Positions 54,744 to 64,000 of a stretch of DNA of 64,000 nucleotides are shown one piece after another. Source of the DNA: Caecitellus pseudoparvulus (lineage: Eukaryota; Protista; Bigyra: Bicosoecida); contig CBFFRQ010000048.1 of NCBI GenBank assembly GCA_965644315.1, positions 1 through 64,000 of the forward strand, given 5' to 3'. The translations under genes and the position numbers were made by a program. The notes under the pieces are model-generated. The model had not been told where the DNA came from and searched no databases. It was given only the letters and a program-made list of their open reading frames with translations. The stretch's first letter is position 1. Each line of letters opens with the position of its first letter.

Positions 54744-57010
54744 CTAGCCATTTCCAAAGTACCCAGCCGACGCGTCGTACAGGGAGGCGTTGCCGGCGGG
54801 GGCACGGCCCACGACATTCAGCTGCAGCAGGCCCTCTTGGATCAGCGCTTTGTGCCACTGGCGGGTGACTCGCTCCGGGTCGCCATGGCAGGCCTGCAGG
54901 ATGGCAGCGGCAGACATGCCACGGCCTGCACATGCGCGCCCTCCTGTCTCACTGGATGTCGTCGCTGGCTCAGGTGCGGCGGCTCTGGCACGCACTGCAG
55001 GAGCGACGAGCGGCCGCGGCGGCAGGGCGGGGTTGCCGTACAGGGCAGGCTGCTGCGCCCAGGGGAGACAGGGGGGCACCAACCCGCCCACGACGTCAAT
55101 GTCGCCTTCTTCGTCGCCCCCGTCCAGGCCTGAGGTCGGGCGAGACTGCTCAGAACCCTGTGTTGCTACGGGGAGGGGAGGTGCCAGGCTGGATGGCGGG
55201 GGCGGTGTCTGCAGGGCCGCCGGCAGCAGGCCACCCTGCACCCGCTGGCTCAAGCTCCCCGCCACGTCGAACACCCGGCCCGCTTGAGCTACGAGGCTGG
55301 CTGCAGCAGCGGCTGAGGCGGGGTGGGCGGGTGGCAGCGGCTTGCCCTGTGCCAGGAGAGCTGCCCCTGCCTCATCCAGCGCGTCGAACTCCTCCTCCCG
55401 CTCAATGTACTCGACATTCAGCCCCAGCTCTGGGAAGTAAGGCGAGAACGCCAGCCAGTCGGCATCAGCCCCCCACGCCCACAGCGCAATGCTACCGTCG
55501 TGCCCGCACGTCACCAGCATGGGGATGATGGGGTGCCAGGCCAAGGCGGAGACACCGGGTCCATCTGGAATGTGCGTCATGCTGGACCTGGGGCACTCGG
55601 CACCCGTTCCCAGGTGCACTTCCGAGCAGTCAAAGATCAGGAAGGCGTGCCCTTGCCGCCCTACGCCGGAGGCCACCGCGACGACCCCCGCCTCAAAGTG
55701 CGCCTGCACGCCGGCAGGCCGCGGCTGCAGACTGAAGGACTTGAGTGTGACGCTGCGGGCCAGGGCTGGCAGGCAGCCCAGGTACGCCAGACTCTCTGCG
55801 TCCAGGAAATCCACAGAGCCCTCGCCGCTGTGTGCCAGCAGCATCTTGCCCTGCGGACCAGCCTGCAATGTAAAAATGGCGGCTTTGGACGCCATGCGCG
55901 TGGAAGCGGCGAGCCGGACACCCAGGCCACCTGCACTGTGCGGTAGCTGGTCAGGCGCTTGTGCAGCCTCGGAAGAGGGCGACTCCACCTCCACCCGGTG
56001 GATGTACCCGCTGCTTGTGCCCACGAAGAGAGGCGCACGGCCCCCGGGTGCCGCCCTACCCCACGTCATGCAGCAGACGATGTGGGAATCCGCCGATACC
56101 CCCTGGCGCAAGGATGCGGCGCTGGGCGTGGACCGCAAGAGGGGCCCAATGTACTGCATCTGCTCTGCGAACGGGGCCAGCGCCGCGCCCTCCCCCTTGG
56201 ACCACTCCGAGGCTGCGGCGGCGCTGGCGGCGAGATCCCCACTCTTCGTCGCCCCAGCCCGCCTGCTGGAGGCCTGCTTGCCGAACAACCCTGGCACGGC
56301 GTCGGTAAGCGCTTTCGGCACGCGACCTGCTGCGACGGGCAGCGGTACAGTCGTCATTGGAAGGGGCTGCCCGGCGCGCTGTGGGTGGGGCAGGTGGACC
56401 AGAGTGGGTGCTGCACCCTGAAGCAGCAGGGAAATGAGGCTGCCGCCGCCGGCTGGGTGAAAGGCTGCGTCCATGACGACGCCGGCAGGTGCGACGGTGT
56501 GGGCGAGGCGAGGCAGCTGCCCCGCAGCGAGGTGCCACACCTTCACCTCCCACTCCAGGGCGCAGACAGTGAGAAAGAAAGGCGCATCGGCAGCCCACCG
56601 GATGGCCTGGACGGGCCTGCCGTGTGCGGCCAGTTCCTGCAGCAGCCGCTGCTCCATGGGAGACCACAGCTGGACCGCTCCGTCCGACAGTCCGATCGCC
56701 ATGACGCCTCCCTGCGAGAAAGGCGCTCCCCATGCGTGGAGTGCTAGGCACACATGCAGCTTCAGGGCAGTGTACGCACACATGGAGAGAAGGCGCAGTG
56801 AGTAGGGTGGCGGGGTGTCCCGAGGCGGCCACCGCGTGTGCCGACGTGCAAGTCATGAAACTTGGTGGCTTGATTGACGCCCACGACTGGACGACCAGTC
56901 GTCACATCAGACCTGCCCACACTCCTACCTGTGGTAAATGGTGTGGAAAACGGTGCTCGGCAGGCTCTGGCATCCTCGCGCCCACTGCAAGACGCACCAA
57001 ACCTGCCCAT
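54744..57010 (-). CDS. RBBP5: RBBP5/Swd1-like WD40 subunit of COMPASS (5' exons tentative)
   Basis: WD40 blades followed by DWLAFSPYFPELGLNVEYIEREEEFD and DIDVV, both RBBP5 signatures. Confidence 0.8.
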
Positions 57011-57140
57011 GTCGCACTGTGCGGAAATTCAAACCTGAGCTGCCTGCCTCGCTCGGCAGGGGGCCGCAGCGGGGCGGGAACCGGCCACTGCGTGGTCTGA
57101 AGGGTGGGACTTACATGTATTTTGCTTCCAGGTGCCCCCT

Positions 57141-59076
57141 CTACCCTGCACGGATCGCGTTTTGCCTCGCTGCCTGGAGTGCAGCCCTGGCTTGCTTTGC
57201 TCCCTGCGCCGGCACAGCGATCGTGTGACCTGGCCACGACTGGCGCTGGCCCCACGCCGCTGCCAGCTCCTGGCGCGCACTCCACTGCGAGCTGTCATCA
57301 CGGGCAGTCCAGCCACCCTGCAGCCGCAGCGCGTCCGAGGCAGCTTCCATCAACTGCGCAAATGCTGCCGCGTACGGGGGGGCGTCCCACAGCGTGCTGC
57401 TCGCACGCGCAGCACGCGCCTTCCCTCGCAGAGCTGCGAGAGCTGTCGGCCTCGCTGCCAGAGTCGACGCTGCATGTGCATAGCCCCTCAGCGAGCGCTG
57501 GGGCGGCGGACATGCGCCTGTGGCAACGCACAGGGCAGCCGCCGACCTGGCGTGCGGCAGGTCACCCCACACTGACAGCACGGGCACGCCTGCCCACAGG
57601 GCGTCCAGGGCAGACGCGTGACCGCTTTTTAACGGCGTGTCCAGCACCAGGTCAAGCCTGCTCTTTCCCCGGACATGGTCGGCTGGGTGCTGCCGCTGCA
57701 TGAACGCCACTCGGCGTGGGTGCACGCCGTGAGCTGCGACCATGCGACGCAGACGGGAAGGCAAGGCCCGCCCTGAGGCAGTGTTCAGGAGCAGGGAGAG
57801 TGCTGCACAGGGGGAAGCGGACAGTGTGTGCATCCAGACGCTGAAAATCCCAGGGTCGATCTTCTGCTGCCCGCTCAGCACGCCCAGAGTGAGAGGCGCG
57901 GAGCAGCCCGGCAGCGAATGTCGACGGGGGGGTGCCCTGGGCAGCAGCGGCACGTGGGCATGCAGCCGGGCATGGGAAGTGGGAAGGTACGGCTGGGCTA
58001 GCCATAGGCTGGCCTCTGTCATGCTGCCCAGTGCCTCGGCAGGCAGTGTGTCTGCGTCGAAAACCTGTCCTCCCACCCACGGCACGGCAGATGTGGCCGG
58101 GTAGCCCAGGAACCCCACCTGCAGCGGAGCAAGCCGGGGACACAGCACTCGCAGCCCACTGGCACCGCCCGTGTGCCCCCCCAGGTCCAGGGCCACATGG
58201 GGCCTCGCCGCACGCAGAGCCGCCGTCACTTCCTGGGGTTGGCGTCCGGCGGTGCTGGACACGACACAGCCCGCCGCAGCCAGCACTTGCAGGGCCCCTC
58301 GCACGGGCGCCACAGTGCTGACAATGAGCACGTGGACAGAAGAAGCGGCGCAGAGGGAGCTGAGCATGGCAACGCTGAGTTCTGGCACGGGGTGCTGCCC
58401 CCAATCCCCCCCCACGAACACGAGAGTCAGCCGCGCACCGCGTCCAGGCGGTTGCAGCGCAGCTCTTGGACAGCCCGGTGGAGGCATCACGCGCTGCGCC
58501 GCCTGCAGCGACGCTGGCACGACAGCTGACACTGGCAGGTCGAGCACCTCTGTCGCTGACACGGTGTACCGCTGAGGGCCCGGGGCTCGAAGCAGGCTGG
58601 CCACCAGCGCCCGCGTGCTTGCCAGCGCCTGCCACTTCCCCGTCCACAGCTGCACGGAGAGCAGGTTGCCCGCGAAGGCAGCGCCCCGCAGTCCAAAGAC
58701 GGCGTAGTGCAGAGCCTCCAGGGCCCCTTCCATGTCCTTGCTCTGCTTCAGCGCGGCGGCAAGGTTCGCCCACTCTGAGGCCCGGTGCGGCTGGTAGGCA
58801 AGGGAGACCTTGAAGTGCTCGGCAGCCGCCACGGGGTCGCCTGCGCGGTACCTAGCGTGCCCGAGGATGTGGTGAGCCACAAGGGGCACACGGCTGCCTG
58901 GTGTCAGCTCCACGGGGTGCAGCCCGGCATCAAGGGCTGCCAGCACTGCAGCCTCTGCGCCGAAGTGGTCGCCCGAAGCGAGCTGTTGCAGGGCAACGTG
59001 CAAGGGGCCAGGGGAGCCGGCCACGTGGTAGGAGGACAGTTGGAGCACCCAAGCGCACAGCACAGGCAACAGCCAT
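57141..59076 (-). CDS. GT41 O-GlcNAc/O-fucosyltransferase (OGT/SPINDLY-like) with short TPR region; start uncertain
   Basis: TPR-like HHILG..EWANLAAAL, then GDWGQHPV, DLGGHT, RLAPLQVGFLGYPATS, QKIDP, DLVLDT and DALWAGVPVL. Confidence 0.8.
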
Positions 59077-59082
59077 GCCTGC

Positions 59083-59478
59083 TTACTGGAACTTCTTCCG
59101 CATCTGCGCCGCGAAGGTGCCGTGTGCGAGCACTGGCTTGAGTCCTCAACGCAGGCATGCAGCCTCACCTCTGCAACATCGTCAGCGACAAACGTGACGT
59201 ACACAATGAGCATAGCCCCTATGAAGACAGCTGACGCTGTGATGGTCAGCGCTATCTGGCCCAGGTCTTCACAGCTGGACTCAAACTTGACTGCGCAGGC
59301 GCGGAGTTTCGCCGTGTGAAACGCAGCCTGGCTCCAGCCGCCCGGCGCGCGTGAAGCCCTGCCTGGAACAGCACGCACATGCGCCGAATGGGGTGGCCAG
59401 AAAGGCGTAGCTGTCTTGGCAGTAGAAGTACGGGACGAAGAGAGAGTGCAGTCTGTGCGCGGCTGGCAACGCCGCCAT
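59083..59478 (-). CDS. Putative 80-aa single-TM microprotein ending KKFQ; exons 59478-59379, 59290-59169, 59103-59083
   Basis: Canonical GTGCGT..CAG (88 nt) and GTGAGG..CAG (65 nt) introns give an intact frame with TM IALTITASAVFIGAMLIVYVTFV. Confidence 0.5.
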
Positions 59479-59629
59479 GCCGTGCGGCTGGCGCTCAGAT
59501 GAATTCAACCACCCTCCAAGACAAGCAGGGGGCCTGCCTCTTGACAGGAAAAGGCGTGGGAGGCGCCCAGACGAGCATGCGTGGATCATGAAAAATGCAG
59601 GGTCGCTGCGGACTGCCGGGCCACAGCTG

Positions 59630-60925
59630 CTACTGTTCAAGCGAGTTCCGGCCGCTGGGGGTGGGCCACGCGCTGCCTGACGCGACGCCCGGCATGTCCC
59701 CGTAGGAGTGCTCAGAAATGCCGGAAGTACCAGTGCCCATGCGGTCAAGGCCCTGGCGCCCTCCCTCTTGCCCGCTGTAAATCACAAACTCCGACAGGTC
59801 CTCCCCGCCGGCAACGCTGCTGCTGCCCTCCTCGGCGGGAGCCTCAGCGGTGGTGGGGATGACGAAGTCCTCCAAGCCCGCCAGACCCGTCAGCTGCAGC
59901 TGCATGGCATCGTCGGCGCTGGCCAGGCGGTGCATGGGGCGAGAGGTGGCTGGCGCGGCGGGCGCCTCGGCAATGCCACTGCTGTGAGCCCTGCCGTGTT
60001 CGAAGCCCACCCAGGAGGCGGCCTTGGCAGAGACCATGGCAAAGGGGAAGGAGGACTCTGAGCCGCCCCCCGACGTCGCGTGGGACATGAGCCCCAGCGA
60101 GTGAGGCGCAGAGGGGGGGGCAACGATGCTGGACACGGGTGCCGCGGGCCCCGGCGGAGGCAAGGGTGCAGCGCTGGCCTGGGGGACAAACGCCTGCAGC
60201 CCGGGAAACCCTCCGCCTGGGCCCTGGAAAGACACCGCCGGAAGGCTGTGCAGCAGCGGGTTGATGAGCACTTGGGGAGAGGGGCCTGCCTCCGCCGCCG
60301 CGTGCGGCACGTGTGACAGAACCGCCTTCAAGCCCAGCTTCACGCTGCCTGACGGCGAAAGGCGCACCACGCCTTCGGTGGAAGTCACGCTGCGAATCGT
60401 GCCTTCCTTCACTTCGCTGACGAGCTGCGCCAAATTGGGCAACAGGGCCGTCATGCTGGTCTGGCCCGTCGCACACAGGACCCTGTGAAGCAGGCGCGGG
60501 GGGACATGGGGCAGCGCGAACGAACACCCCGGCGCAGGCCACCACGCACATGCTTTCGTCGGGAAGCCCCGCATACACTTCGACGGTGAACTCGTTGCTG
60601 TGCAGCGTGGCAGTCGTGAGTGGGGCGAGCTGCACATGGCTGCGTTGGGCCGGCGTTTCGCCACAACTCACTGGCCCACGCCCACAACGTGCTCCGCGGA
60701 CTCGCAGTCATACCACTCGCCATACAGCATGCCTTGCGCACTCAGCGAGTGGTTGTTCGACGGCGGCGTGTTGAACTGCCATGAAGCGTGCACGCGGATG
60801 ACAGCATTCTTGACGACACCCGCAAGGGGAGGCGGCACGATGATGTCTGAGGCGCTGCGTGGGGACAGCGCAACAGCCGCAACCACGTGCAGAGGCTGGG
60901 ATGTAGGTACCTCTGTGATGCTCAT
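59630..60925 (-). CDS. Hypothetical protein, two introns, beta-rich N-terminal domain
   Basis: Exons MSITEVP..VGVG / SNEFTVEVYAGLPDES / VLCATGQTSM.. are joined by GT-AG introns at about 60.67-60.60 and 60.55-60.48 kb. Confidence 0.5.
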
Positions 60926-61137
60926 GACTGCCGCCTGCTTGCAGCTGGGCAGTCGCTGGCGTGCGAGTGCAAGGGTGGTAGCAACCAAAGTGTGCGGAAA
61001 CCGGCCCTCACAAACCTGCCGATGAGCCACCCGACGACCGGCACACACTGCACTGTGCAGGCCGTCAGTGCGTTGAGCTAGAGATACACTCGACGGCACC
61101 GCCTGGCTAACACCCACGGCTGTGAATTTTACAAACA

Positions 61138-63999
61138 CTACAAGTGCGACTGCAGCATGTCCTGCAAGCCGGCAGTGGACAACTCATCTGGCCTGCTGTC
61201 AGGATTGTGCTCCATGAACAGCTCCCGCACATCCTCCAGGGACATGTGCATGCCCAGCGTGGTGAGGGCTTTGTGGAAGGCGGTGGGTGTCAGGGCACCT
61301 CGCTCCTGCCCCAGCTCCGCCAGCATCACCTGTGCCAGCTGGCCCAGCGGGATGTCTTGCCGCTCGAGGCGCTGCGCCCAGGACAGGAACAGGGGGAAGT
61401 CCATGACGTTGCCCTGCACCCACTGCTGGGGGCGCTTGTGTTGCCTGGCGCAGCTGGTGTCCTCCCCGCCCTCCTCGAAGTTGAACTGCATCAGGCGGTA
61501 CATGACCCGGATGGCGTGTCCGGCACCTGTCGACGTGGCCCACGGCAGGCCGAGCTGCTCCAGCAACTGCTGCAGCTCCTGCGCATTCAAGTACCCGCTG
61601 TTGTCCTGGTCAATAATGTCAAATGCCTCGTAGATGTCGCCTTGGCGCCGGCGCCGCTGGCAGCTGGTGCCCAGGCGGGTGGGCACGTAGAACTCCGCCC
61701 CATTGCGAGACAGCTTCATCCAGTCGCCGTGCTCCGCCTCCTTCTCCGTCAGCGTCGACTCGTCCGAGGAGGAGCTCGTGTCTGCTTCGCCCTCCCCAGG
61801 CCGCACTGTCGCCTTGGCCTCTGCTTCGCCGCCTTGCCCTGCCTGCTCCTCAGCCCGCAGCTGCCGAGACAGCCGCTCCACAACACGCCCTTGCCTGGCC
61901 ACCATGGCTGCAGCTTCATCCAGCATCTCGCGTACCGGTGCGTCTCTGCGGGGAGTGGCAGGGCTCAGCATGGCCTCCTCTTCTTCCTCCTCCTCCTCAC
62001 CCTCGCCTTCACACAGGCCGCACAGCAGCTCGCACCAGGCCGCCATGAGACCCTCATCCGCATCCACCAGCTCCATGGCGTGGCTGGCCTTGGCCTGCGC
62101 ACGGGCACGCCTCAGTGCCCGCTGCTGCAGGCGCCGCCGCCGCCGGAGCCCTCCGTCCTCCACCTGCCCCGTGCCGTCTGCAGAGAAGAGCTGGGACATG
62201 AGGGACACTTGCCCGTCAAAATTCACCTGCCGCAGGTCCCTCGTGTCTTCGGCCGTCAGGTGCATGCCTGCCGACGCCGTGCGCAGGATGGACGGCGTGT
62301 CGCTGTCCGAGCTGTCGCCCTCCTCACTCGGCAAGAGGCGCTGGGCCAGCCGCACGACGTTCACGATGCTTGCCAGGCGATCAGCGGCAGAGCCCAGCTC
62401 CCGGCCCTCTTGCTTGGAGCGCTGCTCCGCCGCCGCCGTCGGCACTGCCTCCCGCAGCCGGCCCCACATCTTGCTGGCCCGCCGAGGGCGGGTGGTCACT
62501 GCCGTGCCGGCACCCTGACTTGCGTGCGAGGGGGGTGTGCGGCCCCCTCCCTCGCCCCCAGCAGCTGTGGGCGACGCGCCCAGCACACTCTTGCGAATCA
62601 TCCGAGCAACGCGGCGCTTGGCGTTGGCTTCCTGTCGCTGCACGATAACGTGCACCTGCTCTGCCTGGTGTTTCAGGGTGAGCAGGAAGTGCAGTGCTTT
62701 CAGCGCCTTTCGTAGGCGGGTGACTCCCATCACCTTCTCCACGTCGCGCGGCACCTTCAAGTGCTCCACGGATGTCACAACGACATAATGCGGCAGCACG
62801 TACCGCAGCAGCACCACGACGAGCACAATGGGCACCAAGGCAGCGGCGAAAATGGCAGCTGCCTCCACCGGCGCGAAGTGCCGCACGATGCCGGGGGCGG
62901 CGGCCACCACGAAGGCGCCAGCATAGATGGCCGTCGTGAACAGCACAAAACGGAACAGGAACAGGTACAGCGCGGGGCCCCAGCGGCCACACCAGAACAT
63001 GCGCAGGTGCAAGTGGCGGTGGGCCAGGCTGGCCGTGTCGCTGACACCCCACGCCCGTCGCACCTTGCGTGTCAGCAGCATGGCTGTGGCATCCCGAGCG
63101 CCCTGCTGCACCTCCTGCAGCGACGGCTTGCTGGCAGTGTCCACGGCCCGAGCCGTCGCCTTCTGCTTCGTGAGCGCACCGAACGCTGACTTGGCGCTCT
63201 GGTGCTTCATCACCTCACGGTGCAGGTACAGAGGCAGGTGGGCCGTCACGGGCAGACGCCGACTCTGCATGTGCAAGAACGCCGCATCGCCCTCCTTCTG
63301 CAGGCGCAGGGCTTCGTCGTCGCCTGCCTCCGCGTGTGCTTCAGCCTGCAGCTCGTGCAGGCGCCTCAGGCTCTGCTGTCGAGGACGCAGACGCGAGATG
63401 CGGCGTGGCCGGCGTGGAGGCGGTGGGCTGCCGTCCCCCGCCGCATTCAAGCTGCTGGGCCCTTGGTGCTGGTCGTGCATGAGTGGCTGAGTCAAATCAG
63501 CACTGGCTGAGAAACCCTCCACGTGCCCCTTGCCCGACGGGGACATGAGCGATTTGCCCACTGCATGGCGGCGGGTGCCAAAGGACACCAGCGTGCCCAG
63601 TGACACTTGCCGGAGGTGTTTCAGGGCAGTCTCGCGGTGCTGTTCCGCTTGCAGGTGGAGTAGAGGCGACACCAGCTCCGCCCGCACAGCCTTGAGGTGC
63701 TGCAGCAGGACAAGCAAGATGAGGGGCAGGCACATGGCCATGCCCACCAAGGCAACAAACGATAGCTTTGGGGGCAGCTCCACTAAGATGAAAGCAGTGC
63801 TGGCAAGCAGCAACTCAGCCAGCCACACCTCCACGGGCAGCTCCACCAGCGCCGACACGGCGCTCTCGGTGCGGGCGGCAAGGTACAGCCCAAAATCAAA
63901 ATGCCGCAGCTGCAGCAACATGTGCCCCTTGTGGTCGAACAGCAGCTCATCCTCCAGCCCAGGGCCTCGATGAAGGTTAAACTGGACGTCCCGAAGGCC
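61138..63999 (-). CDS. MLO-like multipass membrane protein with C-terminal EF-hands, 5'-truncated
   Basis: HFDFGLYL, FWCGRWGPALYLFLFRFVLF and LPHYVVVT parallel the MLO motifs FDF..Y, FWF.RP..VL..I.F.LF and LPLYALVT. EF-hand AFDIIDQDNSGYLNAQEL. Frame is open to the window edge. Confidence 0.6.
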   Translation of the reverse strand, partial: GLRDVQFNLHRGPGLEDELLFDHKGHMLLQLRHFDFGLYLAARTESAVSALVELPVEVWLAELLLASTAFILVELPPKLSFVALVGMAMCLPLILLVLLQHLKAVRAELVSPLLHLQAEQHRETALKHLRQVSLGTLVSFGTRRHAVGKSLMSPSGKGHVEGFSASADLTQPLMHDQHQGPSSLNAAGDGSPPPPRRPRRISRLRPRQQSLRRLHELQAEAHAEAGDDEALRLQKEGDAAFLHMQSRRLPVTAHLPLYLHREVMKHQSAKSAFGALTKQKATARAVDTASKPSLQEVQQGARDATAMLLTRKVRRAWGVSDTASLAHRHLHLRMFWCGRWGPALYLFLFRFVLFTTAIYAGAFVVAAAPGIVRHFAPVEAAAIFAAALVPIVLVVVLLRYVLPHYVVVTSVEHLKVPRDVEKVMGVTRLRKALKALHFLLTLKHQAEQVHVIVQRQEANAKRRVARMIRKSVLGASPTAAGGEGGGRTPPSHASQGAGTAVTTRPRRASKMWGRLREAVPTAAAEQRSKQEGRELGSAADRLASIVNVVRLAQRLLPSEEGDSSDSDTPSILRTASAGMHLTAEDTRDLRQVNFDGQVSLMSQLFSADGTGQVEDGGLRRRRRLQQRALRRARAQAKASHAMELVDADEGLMAAWCELLCGLCEGEGEEEEEEEEAMLSPATPRRDAPVREMLDEAAAMVARQGRVVERLSRQLRAEEQAGQGGEAEAKATVRPGEGEADTSSSSDESTLTEKEAEHGDWMKLSRNGAEFYVPTRLGTSCQRRRRQGDIYEAFDIIDQDNSGYLNAQELQQLLEQLGLPWATSTGAGHAIRVMYRLMQFNFEEGGEDTSCARQHKRPQQWVQGNVMDFPLFLSWAQRLERQDIPLGQLAQVMLAELGQERGALTPTAFHKALTTLGMHMSLEDVRELFMEHNPDSRPDELSTAGLQDMLQSHL

Positions 64000-64000
64000 T

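Noticed and set aside
10659-59076. Functional cluster of protein-modification genes (SET, PRMT7, RBBP5, GT41)
   Set aside because: They are dispersed among unrelated housekeeping genes, consistent with chance.
3638-60925. Stop-codon reassignment, frameshifting or pseudogenes explaining broken ORFs
   Set aside because: The frame breaks I traced are resolved by canonical short GT-AG introns.

Overview
GC-rich, very gene-dense eukaryotic (protist) nuclear DNA, not prokaryotic. Genes carry short (~60-90 nt) GT-AG introns (donors mostly GTGCGT/GTGAGT), so many ORF-track entries are exon fragments or antisense shadows. A heterotrophic stramenopile is my inference from gene content and a promoter-like motif; it is not proven. 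About 29 protein genes can be modelled. Recognisable ones are FAM227-like, TMX2-like, sphingosine kinase, SMYD-type SET, hnRNP F/H-type RRM, TMEM42-like, an FG-nucleoporin-like protein, PRMT7, ISY1, a membrane hybrid histidine kinase, SUV3, a twin-CX9C protein, an ARM protein, stomatin, DPM3, a two-pore channel, a membrane Kelch protein, RBBP5, a GT41 OGT/SPY-like enzyme and an MLO-like EF-hand protein. The most unusual region is a compositionally distinct, intronless tandem array of three ankyrin genes (43.4-47.3 kb) with 4, 6 and 9 copies of a 38-aa repeat carrying a hypervariable loop. Other notable items are a POM121-like TM-anchored FG/LG-repeat protein and an overlapping KKXX microprotein/GT41 locus. 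No rRNA, tRNA, CRISPR or transposase was seen. All gene models are read by eye.
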